A stretch of 57,927 bases of DNA, filler included, from Jimgerdemannia flammicorona (taxonomy: Eukaryota): assembly GCA_003990765.1 (NCBI GenBank). It is 2 parts of 2 records of this genome, joined end to end, with 100 filler letters (N's around TTAATTAATTAA, not from the genome) between each part and the next. Parts side by side here need not be neighbours in the genome. Positions count along the whole stretch, not along the records: positions 1 to 28,914 come from RBNJ01000534.1; positions 29,015 to 57,927 come from RBNJ01000535.1. One strand, given 5' to 3'. Shown here piece by piece: positions 26,640 to 37,007 of this stretch. Numbering within the stretch: position 1 is the first letter of the stretch; each line of letters opens with the position of its first letter. Below the pieces are notes generated by a model. The model did not search any database and was not told the origin of the DNA. It worked only from the letters and a program-made list of their open reading frames with translations. Both the position numbers and the translations under genes were made by a program.

Positions 26640-28727
26640 ATACATTCCCATTTGCTTCATCTCGCATTTCGCGCGCTAGAGGGTGCGTCGTGATGCTCTG
26701 TGCATACTTCCCGAGATTCTTGTGAGTCCACAAATATGGGCCTTGACTACCTAGTGACGATCCACGTTTGGTATCTGGTCGATTCAAATTCTTCCTATTT
26801 TGCAATTTAACTCTTGCACATCACAATCGTCCATGACGAAGAGACGCGATTTCGAGTCATCACGATGACGTCTCCGCCAGGTGCTGGAATATGTCGTTCA
26901 CGTTATCAATTCGTAAACCCGATCAATCAGCACGTCTTCGTTCCGAGCGTAGTCGGCCTTGATATTTCAAGGTTTCACGGAACGCGTCGAGAGTTGCCTA
27001 CGATACTGGCAGCAACATTTTAATTTTTAATAAGCTCGCACCCTTGCCTTCGAGTATCACACGTCTTTCGATTGGCTGCCATGGATTGTCACATGCATCT
27101 CTTTCTCGGCTTGATAGGAACTAGGAAAATTTTCTTGTCAGCAGTTGGGGTTTTGGTCCGACGCGGAGTGGCAATGATTGACAGGGCCTGATTTAAAAAA
27201 TAAATAAAATAAATAAAATAAAATAAAATAAAATGAAAACCGAAATTGGCTGAGTGAACAAAATTCACTAAGGCCTTTGAAACCAACAAAACTCTCACCT
27301 CATTGGATATCGGAGCTAAGGGCGTAAAAGCATTCGCAAAACCAACAAAATTCTCACTTCATTGAATCTGCAGAACAATGAGATCGAAGATAAAAGCGCA
27401 AACGCCTTCAAGACTAACATAACTCTCAAAGTAGATTCGACGATATCCCGGCGATCTCCAGATTTGACCTTCAAAAACGAAACGAACGTTTTGGCTCACG
27501 ACATTTCTCATTGAGCTGAGATCTCGATGATTACATCTCTTACCAAAGGTCTTCCAGAAAGGCAGCACAACAATCAAGTTAGGATGGTGATACATAGTTT
27601 GCATCTATTTTTGCGGGCTTGTGTGGACGAGTAAACAACTCGTTTGCGGAGTGCTTGTAGGGACCGCAATTTATAAATCATATGTGGCTCGACGACCTCC
27701 GTCGTAATGTATTTATGTGTGCGGTAATAATTACTATGGAGAATTTCATGTAATCAAATCAGATGGCCTATCCTCTTTTTGCCGTCGAGTATTTTTGACT
27801 TGGTTTTTACGTGCTTTTAACCCTTCCATGTCGTTGCTTTGACTGGACAACGCGTAACTGCGCTCAAGACGCATGACGGGCGTTGGAAATGCTACTTTCC
27901 CTTAGATGGGACAAACATTGCCGTTTACTTTGACTCATTATTTTATGGCCCAGTTCTTCAACATGTTTGGTTTGTCATTTTGCGGTTCCACATAATTAAA
28001 ACCGCCATGCAGTTCGAAGTCGCTGCCCGGACATCTGAGGTTCAAAGACCGCTAATTCCCAACGCAATAATTAGAATTATTCGGTCCATAGTCTGTCCTC
28101 ACCGGCCGAGACGAGAGCTATCCACAACGTGTATGTATAATTTGGAAACACTCATTAACCTTTATGTATTTTTAGGTACGATGAACGTGGCGAGGTTATC
28201 GGCGACGGAGATTCCAGTCTTGTAGGTACTGGGCTGTATTGGTTGTAGTTTCCATGCTATGGCAGTATGCCGTATTACATGACTATCAAATACAACGTGG
28301 ACTTGGTTGTGGTAGACCACTATATGTGGTTAAAGTTTGGCTAGGAACCAAAGGAAGAGAACCAGCAACATCATCTCAAAATTATTTATGAGTTAAGATG
28401 CTGAATGTATTGTTCACATAAAAAGGAGGAGAGAGGCATATCACGTACACGTATTTATCAAGGTTGTATCGGTGAGCCAATACAACTAAATGTGAGGATT
28501 CTTGCCTCAGAAAAACGTAAATGCGAATACAACTGAAGAATGCAAGACCTCGACGGAAGGTAGAAGGGGAAAAAAGCTTTGGAACCCGCGAGTTCGATAT
28601 CAGCTAACTATATATCTGGCAACTGGTACCTTTTCACTTCTGCACGTCGACCTTTTACAGATGTCACCATGCCTGATGCATCCGTCCAAATCCGCGCCAA
28701 TATTGCCATGGTCACAAACAACATTTT

Positions 28728-28914
28728 GACACTCAGTATCATGTAAAGCCCTCATTCCAACACATCTCTCTCTTTCCACACAATCAACCAACTTAAGCAT
28801 ACTCCCATATCAGCCCCCTCCTCTCCCACCATAACCGTGGTAGGACTGATCCATATACAGAGAGGAAGATGCCAAGGTACCTCACCACCTCTCCTGCGGG
28901 GACAATTGTTCCAA
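28728..28914 (-). mobile_element. LINE ORF2 fragment at contig end
   Basis: Minus translation GTIVPAGEVVRYLGIFLSVYGSVLPRLWWE parallels LINE-A (IIVSAEEVVQYLEIYFSVY). Left boundary approximate. Confidence 0.75.
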
Positions 28915-29014
28915 NNNNNNNNNNNNNNNNNNNNNNNNNNNNNNNNNNNNNNNNNNNNTTAATTAATTAANNNNNNNNNNNNNNNNNNNNNNNNNNNNNN
29001 NNNNNNNNNNNNNN
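28915..29014. other. Artificial contig-joining spacer
   Basis: 44 N + TTAATTAATTAA (stops in all six frames) + 44 N = exactly 100 bp. Confidence 0.95.
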
Positions 29015-29034
29015 CCCCCCTTCGCCTTTCCCAG

Positions 29035-30936
29035 TTGCTTGTCCCGAACTTTCGGGTTTATTCTTCTCTTGGAACACTTTTGTCTCCTCCCTTTTCTTCG
29101 GCTGACTGCCCCCTTTCTCCCCTTCAAGTCTTTGCCTTATCCTTGGGTCCTCGCTTTGTTTTTCCTGCGACTCCCTCACAATTCTCCTTCACTGATCCGG
29201 CTCGTCTAACACGTTTTCGTCGTGCTCTTGACCTTGCTATCTTCTTTCAAGATCATGGTGAGATGCCCTCTCGCTATTTTGTTCCTAGCGATTGGGTCCC
29301 CCCTCCCAATGTCTCTTCACACTGCGTATTCCTCGACATGGCTTGCTCTTTGTCCGTTCCCGGACGTGCTGGCTCTTGCTTGGTTTCGGACCGTGCCGTG
29401 CGTACCGCGCTTAAATTGGTCAAGCAATTGCCTATGCATTTGCTCACAGTCACTGATAAGAATCAGGGTTTTGCACTTATTCCCAAGTCGCTCTACCTTG
29501 ATGGCCTTTCTGCCCTCCTTCGAGCCACGGCTTACGAGCCTAGTGCTCTTGGATTGGATGAGGTTCTTACTCTTCTTCGGGTTTCTCTGGCTCACGCTAG
29601 ATCGCTTTCGGATTCCCCGTTCGCGAACCCCATTTTTAACTTCTTCCAGGACTCTTTGTCCTCCCCGGATGTTTCTCTTCCAGTTTTCTATGCTCTTCCT
29701 AAAGTTCACAAGCCTCTTTTGGCTTGGCGTCCTATTACGGCTGCTTATAGTTCTCCTACCACCGAGATTTCGAAATGGTTATCCCGTTTCTTTCTCTCCT
29801 GGATGGCTCTCTTACAACACCGTCTTGGGCCTGAGTACACTATTCTTCGTGATACTCAGGAGCTCGCCCTTCTCTGCTCCACCATTGTGCCTGTTTACCG
29901 ATTTTCCCATTTGGCCTCTGGTGACTTCTCTTCCTTCTATACTGCTATTCGCTTTGATGAGATCGATGATTGCCTTCGCTTCTTGGGTTCCTTGGTTTTT
30001 CCCTTGGATTCTCCAGTTTCGTTGGCCTCCATCGTTGAGCTTACGCTCCTTGTCTGCGGCTCTAACTATTTTGAGTCGGCCCTTGGCTCCTTTCATCAGA
30101 CTTCTGGTATTGCCATGGGAACGAATTGTGCCCCCACCCTTGCCAACCTCGTTGGCCTAGCCCACGAATTGCGTGCGTTACGTGATATTACTTCACCTCT
30201 TTCCATTGCGTTCCGGGCTGGGGATATCTTCTTTCGCCGATACATTGATGACTTTATTGTCTTCGCTGTTGCTGGTGTTGATATCCCTAGTGTGTTCCAG
30301 GGCGTCTACCCTCCCCATCATTCTATTACTTGGGTGTGCAGTACGACTAGTATCCCCTTTTTGGACCTTTCCGTTTCTCTTTCTCCTTTCCGAACTGTTG
30401 TTTATTCCTGTTTTCCGCGTTCCCAACAGTTCCCTGACTTCTTGTCCAACCATCCTCGTCGCACTCTTCTTGAATGTGTTCGTGGTGAGGCTCGTCGTCT
30501 TGCATTATGCTGCTCCCGTCGTTCTGATTGGGTGTCTGCTGTTCGTGTTCTTGGCAACTTCGTGGTCCATCGTCATGCCTACCCAATTTCTATCGTTCGT
30601 GATCTGCTTGCTTCTGTTGAATGGTCTGTTGTTCGCTCTTCCCTCCTCTCTCCTCTTTATCCCCCCTCCCTTCCCTCTCTCCCCCCTTACCCTCTCCGTA
30701 CCCCCTCTTCTTTCCCACCCCCGATTCTTGTCGTACCATTTGATCGTGCTCGCTGGGTCGCTCAATGCCCTGATACCGTCCTGCGCTCATCTCTTTCATG
30801 CCATGGACTTTCATCTCTTTCTCGACGCCCTCTGATTGCTCGTTCGCGTCTTCCTTCTATTTCTTCTTCAATCCATCGCTCTCGTTTTGCGTTTTCGTCA
30901 CCTTCTGGTGCCTCCGGTTCTGCCGGAGAGGATTAA
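29035..30936 (+). CDS. Intact Penelope-like reverse transcriptase without GIY-YIG endonuclease (>=633 aa, 5'-open)
   Basis: LSLGPRF, TDKNQG, FYALPKVHK..WRPI, ILRDT, SGDFSSFYTAI, NYFES..FHQTSGIAMGTNCAPTLANL, RRYIDD, IPFLDL, SNHP..GEARR, LVVPF. The ORF ends after the thumb with no GIY-YIG motif. The frame is open back to the N gap. Confidence 0.92.
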   Translation: MLVPNFRVYSSLGTLLSPPFSSADCPLSPLQVFALSLGPRFVFPATPSQFSFTDPARLTRFRRALDLAIFFQDHGEMPSRYFVPSDWVPPPNVSSHCVFLDMACSLSVPGRAGSCLVSDRAVRTALKLVKQLPMHLLTVTDKNQGFALIPKSLYLDGLSALLRATAYEPSALGLDEVLTLLRVSLAHARSLSDSPFANPIFNFFQDSLSSPDVSLPVFYALPKVHKPLLAWRPITAAYSSPTTEISKWLSRFFLSWMALLQHRLGPEYTILRDTQELALLCSTIVPVYRFSHLASGDFSSFYTAIRFDEIDDCLRFLGSLVFPLDSPVSLASIVELTLLVCGSNYFESALGSFHQTSGIAMGTNCAPTLANLVGLAHELRALRDITSPLSIAFRAGDIFFRRYIDDFIVFAVAGVDIPSVFQGVYPPHHSITWVCSTTSIPFLDLSVSLSPFRTVVYSCFPRSQQFPDFLSNHPRRTLLECVRGEARRLALCCSRRSDWVSAVRVLGNFVVHRHAYPISIVRDLLASVEWSVVRSSLLSPLYPPSLPSLPPYPLRTPSSFPPPILVVPFDRARWVAQCPDTVLRSSLSCHGLSSLSRRPLIARSRLPSISSSIHRSRFAFSSPSGASGSAGED

Positions 30937-31111
30937 AAAACATCCTTGCCCCCTCTGGGGTCTCGCGCTCGCTCTGGGGTCTCAGCCTTACTCCGCTCCC
31001 CTCCGCTGCCTTCGGCCCCTCACTTCGCTCGGGCTCGCTGCAGCTCGCTCTGTTTCAGCCTCACCCCTCGCTCACGCTCACCCCTCCGGGGTCTGCAGAT
31101 GTTTTTTAATC
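30931..31111. repeat. 14-bp perfect inverted repeat enclosing a cluster of GC mini-hairpins in the PLE 3' region
   Basis: GATTAAAAAACATC (30931-30944) / GATGTTTTTTAATC (31098-31111). Inside: CCCCTCTGGGG, GCCTTCGGC, CCCTCACTTCGCTCGGG, CTCGCTCACGCTC, CCCCTCCGGGG. Confidence 0.85.
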
Positions 31112-31270
31112 TCAATTTGGATTTGTTTTGTTTGTGTTTGTTTGTGATTTTTATCCTGCAACTGGGATTGGCTCCCCTCTTATCTCCGCCTATCTCCGGC
31201 AGTCATGTGGTTCCTAATTCGGTTTGCCCCGAGTTGTGGCGCGTCCTCCCTTTTGGGACATCATATTTTG

Positions 31271-31364
31271 TATATAAGGACTGCGTTTTTACATGGCAAT
31301 AAACGGCTGATGCAAATTTGGTTACGTTCTTTGTTCGTCCCCCTTATACACGCTTTTCCACATG
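31271..31364 (+). promoter_or_regulatory. PLE pseudo-LTR promoter/poly(A) signals and downstream ATG
   Basis: TATATAAG 31271, AATAAA 31298 and ATG 31362, which opens MSSIRFDTGSGFAPLAPAGPSSSSF in PLE-like C/T-rich codon style. Confidence 0.55.
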
Positions 31365-32099
31365 TCTTCCATTCGCTTTGACACTGGCTCTGGGTTCGCT
31401 CCATTGGCTCCTGCTGGGCCTTCTTCCTCCTCCTTCCTATGTTATAGTGGAAGATTTTGTTCATCATTCACTGGAAGCTCACAGAGGCATTGCACATCCT
31501 GAATGACATTCACAGGTAGATGTATGTTCTGTCTGGAGTGATGAAGGCTAATTTCTCACTTAATGTTTCTGTGAGTCCAATTTGGTAAAATCCTGAGTAT
31601 AGATCCAAGGTGCTGTAGTACTGTGCTTCATCTCCCAGAGTTATAAGGTTGTTGTTAATGAGGGGCAGTGGTTGGCAATCCTTCTTGATAACTATATTGA
31701 GCTTTCTGTAATCAATGTAGAGTCTTGGGTAAATTCTCCAGGCTTGCTTCCTTTCTTTAGAGCTAGTATAACTGGTGAAGACCATGGTCTGCTCACCTCC
31801 TTGATGATACCAGCTTCTTCCATCTGCTTGATTTCTTCTCTGAGCCATTCTCAGTAGGCTGGTGGAACAGGTCTTGCCTTCTGGTAAATTGGTTCAGTAT
31901 CTCTGGAATCTATATCATGATAGTAGTATGGAGTCTTTCCTTTAATATCCTTGAAGCCTATGGTAAGAACATCTTCAAATTCATAGAGTATTTTCTTAAG
32001 CTCTGTCTTGAGTGGGAATTTATTTCTAATAGTATAGCTGTGCTTATTTGTAGTTTCTTCCTTATTGTGCTTTAGCTCAGTAATCTTGGTACTAGTAAA

Positions 32100-32500
32100 C
32101 ACTCCTCTTCTTATAGATCCAAATCCTTTCCTTTCCTTTCTCTTTCTGTTTTCTCCAACTTTTTGACTTCTATGATCCTTGGCTGAAGAACTGGGAAGAT
32201 CAACATCTGTACCAGTCAGTCTTTCTTCTTGATTGGAAATAGAATTATAGGATTGTAGTTTCTAGTAATAAGTAGTATTTCACCAATATAATCTGAATCA
32301 ATGACTCCACCTTCAATTGTGATTTCACTCCTAGCCAGACTACTTCTTGTCTTGAGGATTCTGTCATAGTCCTTTGGAATGGTTATCTCCAGACCAGTTG
32401 TAAGTAGGATGATTGTCTGAGGTTTGAGAACAGTTTCCTCTACTGTAGTAATATCCATTCCAGTTGTATTTTCTGACTTATATTATGGTAAGACTGTATT
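32100..32500 (-). pseudogene. Gypsy-2 dUTPase domain
   Basis: TGMDI, TTGLEITIP, KTRSSLA, EGGVIDSDYIGEI, KGFGS. Confidence 0.9.
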
Positions 32501-33257
32501 GGAATGAATCTTCTGAATCTTGATCTTGATTTCCTCTTCATCATTACTATCTTTGAGGAGAGCTGGTGGTTTATCATCCTCTTTCTCTTTCATTTTCTTT
32601 TCTTCTCTTACCTGTTTCTCAAGGGCCTTCTCTCTTCTTTGGTGGTAGATTCTCTTAATTTTGTCAGTATACTGGTAAAACTCATTGATATACTCTATAT
32701 AGTATATTCAGATCCCATGGGAGTAGACTTCTTGTAATATATATCTTTCCATAATCTTCTTTCATCAGTCTTCTTTACTCATCCATCAAATTTTCTTCTT
32801 CTTTTTCTGAGTTGTCACCATGTAGGCTTTCTTTTATTCACTTTCTTCTTCCTCTATCTCAGGCAGGACTCCTTTGTTGACATTGATGAGAATTTACATC
32901 TTCTGTCTGCTGTAGATAATCTGCTGTGACAAATACCAATTTGGTTGCTTTTTTAACTTTCCAACCTAGGCAGTCTACTGCTTTCTTGCTGAGAAGGCAT
33001 CCTCCTAATTCTGTATCAATGATAGTCTTAAAGACTCTATCCTCAATTTGGCAGATTGCATAGGTAGAGATTTTATAGTTATCTTTGCTTTCTTCTTCTG
33101 AGTCTTCTTGAACATTGTTGGTCTCAGTTATCTTCCATCCTTACTCCTTGGTTGTTTCAGTAAGTTCATATCTCATTTGCTGTCTGAATGTAAGTATTTC
33201 TGCTAGCTGGCCAAAGGTTATATTGATCTTTTGTTGACTGAGATCCATAAAGATATC

Positions 33258-35303
33258 TGTAAGAGAGTTACTTGTTAGAGTAACTATTACATAATTCTGG
33301 AAGGGATTTCTAGAATTTCTGGATATTCTAAAAGACTATTTTCTTAAGGTCAAGATAAATTTCATATGGAGTACATCTTCTATACTGATTGATTTTAAGA
33401 TCAGTTTGATATCTCAACCAAAGCTCTTATTCAGACTAGTTCTAGATATTCAGGATTTTCCATATTTCAGAGAAGTTCAAGAAACAAAGACCAGCTTAGT
33501 TGAATTGGCATATTACTGCAGACAATATCTAATTAGAAAATTTCATAATAGGGTTAGGACTGGGACTTAATGTGGAGCAGATTTACTTAAGAGTGGTTTG
33601 TGGGTTATTAAATAGGTTTATTTACTATTCATGTTATTACTATACTAGGAGTAGTTATGTGAAGAGATATTGTAGAGAAGTATTCAGGAATGTTCTTATA
33701 TGTTTGAGTCTGTTCAAGTCTGCAATTCTGAGGTCTGGAGAAGGGGGTATTTATACTAGTAAGGAGCTATTGGACTATATTAAATATGGAATAGCACTTA
33801 GCATCTTGCTGAGTCAGAATGCAGTCACATAGTACAAGTGTGATCTGATATATCAAGAGATTGTCTGACTGCTGAGTCAGTTAACAGTCACATCATATAT
33901 GGCTAATCTAACTATAGATTTAGACACTATCTGAGTAGTCTTCAATAATATCACCATTGATGATCTCATCTCTGATGAAGTAGTCATCTAGGAAGAGTTG
34001 TTTGCAGATTAATTCTTCTTATTTGCTAAGGTAATAATATATTGAAACTTTGTTGCCATTCTATAAGATAGCATCATCTGTCTCATATACTGGATATGGA
34101 GTTGGTGGGTGAAGGAGGAGTACATTATCTTCACTTTCATTGGATTCACTGTCAGCATACTTTCTATAGGTTATAGTACTATAAGTTGCAGGGTTGTAGT
34201 ATACTAGTGATTGTACTTTATATCACTCATACTCAGGTAGTAGAGTTATTGGTTCAATCCTGAGGATTGTCTGGAGATACACATTGTATTCTCTGATCTC
34301 TTCATTGTAGTTGAAGTAATCAGGGATAAATATAGGCTGGTATTCATAACAGTGGTCATTATCCCAATAGGTCTCATAAATGGTTATGAACTGTTGTAAG
34401 TTCATCAATAAGGTTGGCAGAGTAATCAGAGTTGGCAGGGATTTTTGACTCAAGGTGATGTCAGCCTCAGAGGGATCATTATCTTCTACTTTATCATCAT
34501 TGAACCAGATTATATCATAGATATCCTTCATGGCATATCTGACTTGGGACATTTGCAGAATGTAGTCATCAGGATGTGGGAAGGTTCTGTCTGTGGTTTG
34601 AATGTACTTGATGTACTTGTGGTTGAGTTTTTATATCATATTGTCAATTTGGCCATAGGATAGGGTAGCAACCATTTTAGCAGTAGTGACTCAGAGGTAG
34701 AGAATAAAGATACTGTACTCATAGAAGAGTTCTTGATATTTGTGGGCAATGAGTTTCTGGTGTTGAGATATCTGAGTAATATCTATATTATAGTGGTATT
34801 CAACCATATCTTCTAGGAGGCTGTCAATCTAGTAGTAGCTTGAGATTTGTCTGATTCAGTAGGCCTTACTAAGTATGTTCAGGGTATTCCATTAGGCTTT
34901 TATGAAGTAGAGGAATGCTAGGCTATGGATATTAATGAAGGGCAGAGGGAGTGTGGCTCAGTTAACAATGGCATTCCAAATGTCAGCATGGATCCAGTTA
35001 TAGATCTCTGTGGTCATATTTATGTATATGTTTAGGAGTTGGGGTTATTTGTTTAATTTGTTATTGAACACATCTCAGTGCTAGGTATATATACATTCAG
35101 TCTTGATTGGTAAGACTCCATTTGTGTAATTCTTGTGTTTTATGACTTCAAGTTAACTCAGCTTTGTGCACTGTAACTTCAGTTTGACTTAGCTTTATAA
35201 TTTACAAGTGATTTCCAGATTTGTTCAGAGGTTATATGTGATTTTAGTAGCTTGTTTGAAGGGTGACATGTGATTTCAGTAGCTTATAGGTTGTGCACTT
35301 ACA
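33258..35303 (-). repeat. Gypsy-3 3' LTR (2046 bp)
   Basis: Colinear with 42520-44574; TATAAATA on the minus strand at 33755-33748, downstream of the ORF. Confidence 0.92.
33920..35017 (-). pseudogene. ORF encoded inside the Gypsy-3 LTR (U3), unknown protein, ~320-365 codons
   Basis: MTTEIYNWIHADIWNAIVN...YETYWDNDH...DDYFIRDEIINGDIIEDYSDSV*. It spans 1098 nt, the same as the copy in the other LTR. Many internal stops differ between the copies (e.g. TGA/CAA, TAG/CAG). Confidence 0.8.
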
Positions 35304-35736
35304 ACTCTCCCCTTCTTAGCTTTTCATATCCTCATTGAGGTCATCTAGTATTATTATACCATTTGGATAGTCAAAAGTCCAGTAAGGTTCATTTTTTTCA
35401 GAAAGTGGCATACTTATAGTATAGTTGCCTAATATGTTAGATTCATACATTAAAGGGTCATATGTTTAATACTGTGTACTGGAAGAGATTCTAATGTCAT
35501 TTACTGCTGGAGAATTTTCTCTAAAGAATCTTCTTAATTATCTATATCTTATTTCCCATCAGTGGTATGAGAAGAATAGGCTGGCTTTCAGTATTGCTAT
35601 TTTTCTAGAGAGTTGGTATTTTATCTTAACTTGTTGAGTTCTTGATTTTATTTATGATAATTATAAAGGTACCTGATGTTCAGAGGTAATATATAGTATG
35701 TACTGATAGGTGCAGAAGTATTTGGGTTTCAGTTAT

Positions 35737-37007
35737 TTAAGAAATTATATTCCTAGACCAAATTAGTGGTATTTTGGAGATTGGTCTTGGGTTCTCATAT
35801 TGCATCATAGATTGGATAACCTTTCCATTTGACAAGGGTCTCAGGATGGTTTTTGTGGCTGTTGAGGATTTGTTCAACTTCATATTCTTCTTGGTCCTTA
35901 ATAATGATAGGTACAGATGGTTTTGCAGATCAGTTTGGAAATAGCTCATTGTCATTTTTATTATATTGCTTGAGACATTGGACATTGAAGACTGGGTGAA
36001 TCTTAATAGTATCTGGTAGTGCCAATTTGTAGGAGATTGGAGAGACTTGTATAATAACTTCAAATAGTCTAATAAATTTGCTGTTTAGCTTTATAGATGG
36101 TCTGTGTTTGAGGTTGTCAACTTGGTATCCTTGGATATCTAGTAGGACTTTTTCTCTGATGTCAAAACTTTCCTCTTGGTAGTACTGGTTAACATACTGT
36201 AACTGTTGTTCTTGAGCTTGCAATAAATTCTCAATTGCCATCTGGCTTAGATTGTATATTCAGATCAGGAATTCTTCAACAGCTTCAACTGTGAAGGGTT
36301 CATCAGTAGTTTAGATAAGTCTCAGAGAGGTGTTTGGGTTTTGTTCTATATTGGCAAAGAATGGGATCATTCTAAGAGAGCCTTGCTTACTGTTGTTGTA
36401 GACAAACTCAACTACAGTGAGGTATTCATGCCGATCACCTTGTCTGTAGAAAATATAGTTCTATAGCATTTGTTCTAGAGTTTGGTTCATTCTTTCAGTT
36501 TGGCCATTAGTTTTAGGGTGAAAGGCTATAGATAGTGCAAGTTTTGTTCCAAGGTATGTATGAAGGGCTTTTTAAAAATGGCTAGTAAATTTCATATCTC
36601 AATCACTAACAATGATCTTAGGAAGATCATAATAGTAGAAGATGTTATCAAACAAGAGTGTGGCTATGTCTAGTGCTATTGCAGTAGTAATAGTTAGTAT
36701 AAGTGAACTTGTTTGCTGAGAGAGTCTATGAAGACAACAATTGAATCTTTTCCTTTCTTAGTTCAGGGTAGTTGTATAATAAAGTTTATAAAATTTTGTT
36801 CCCAATTAGCAGATGGTACTGGGATAGGGTGGAGTAGGCCAGGTTTTGCTAGTGTTGAGGACTTGTTGCATTGGTAGGTATCACAGGAAGTTATGTAGGT
36901 CTTTAGCTGATCTGCCATATGGAGCCAATAGAAGTTTCAGGAAATATCTTTATAATATTTATCAAATCCTAATTGTCCAGCTATAGGGGCATCATAATAT
37001 TTGAAGG
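35737..37007 (-). pseudogene. Gypsy-3 integrase with C-terminal chromodomain
   Basis: YDAPIAGQLG..NFYW, CDTYQCNK, AFHPKTNGQTERMNQ, IHPVFNV, EEYEVEQILN..LVKWKGYPIYDAI*EP. Confidence 0.9.

Larger units (their letters stand above)
29015..31433 (+). mobile_element. Penelope-like element (PLE), endonuclease-deficient (Coprina/Athena-type), 5' end cut by the contig edge
   Basis: PLE RT ORF followed by a structured 3' region, TATA, AATAAA and the start of an ORF. CpG-rich and A-poor, unlike its neighbours. Joins Gypsy-2 RT at ~31433. Confidence 0.85.

Noticed and set aside
27089..27604. Possible small spliced gene on the minus strand (GTGAGA donor 27298, TCAG acceptor ~27188)
   Set aside because: No coherent multi-exon ORF or recognisable domain could be built; RNA-seq is needed.
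27839..28729. Short ORFs in unique DNA
   Set aside because: Short, non-ATG starts and no motifs; likely chance ORFs.
29222..30835. Overlapping 312-aa and 220-aa ORFs and antisense ORFs in the PLE
   Set aside because: The A-poor composition suppresses stop codons; no recognisable motifs.
30937..31433. Hammerhead ribozyme expected in a PLE pseudo-LTR
   Set aside because: No CTGANGA...GAAA core found on either strand; the closest is CTGATGC at ~31307, without a downstream GAAA.
29015..31440. Telomeric repeats at the PLE ends
   Set aside because: No CCCTAA/TTAGGG-type array is visible, so the telomere association remains a hypothesis.
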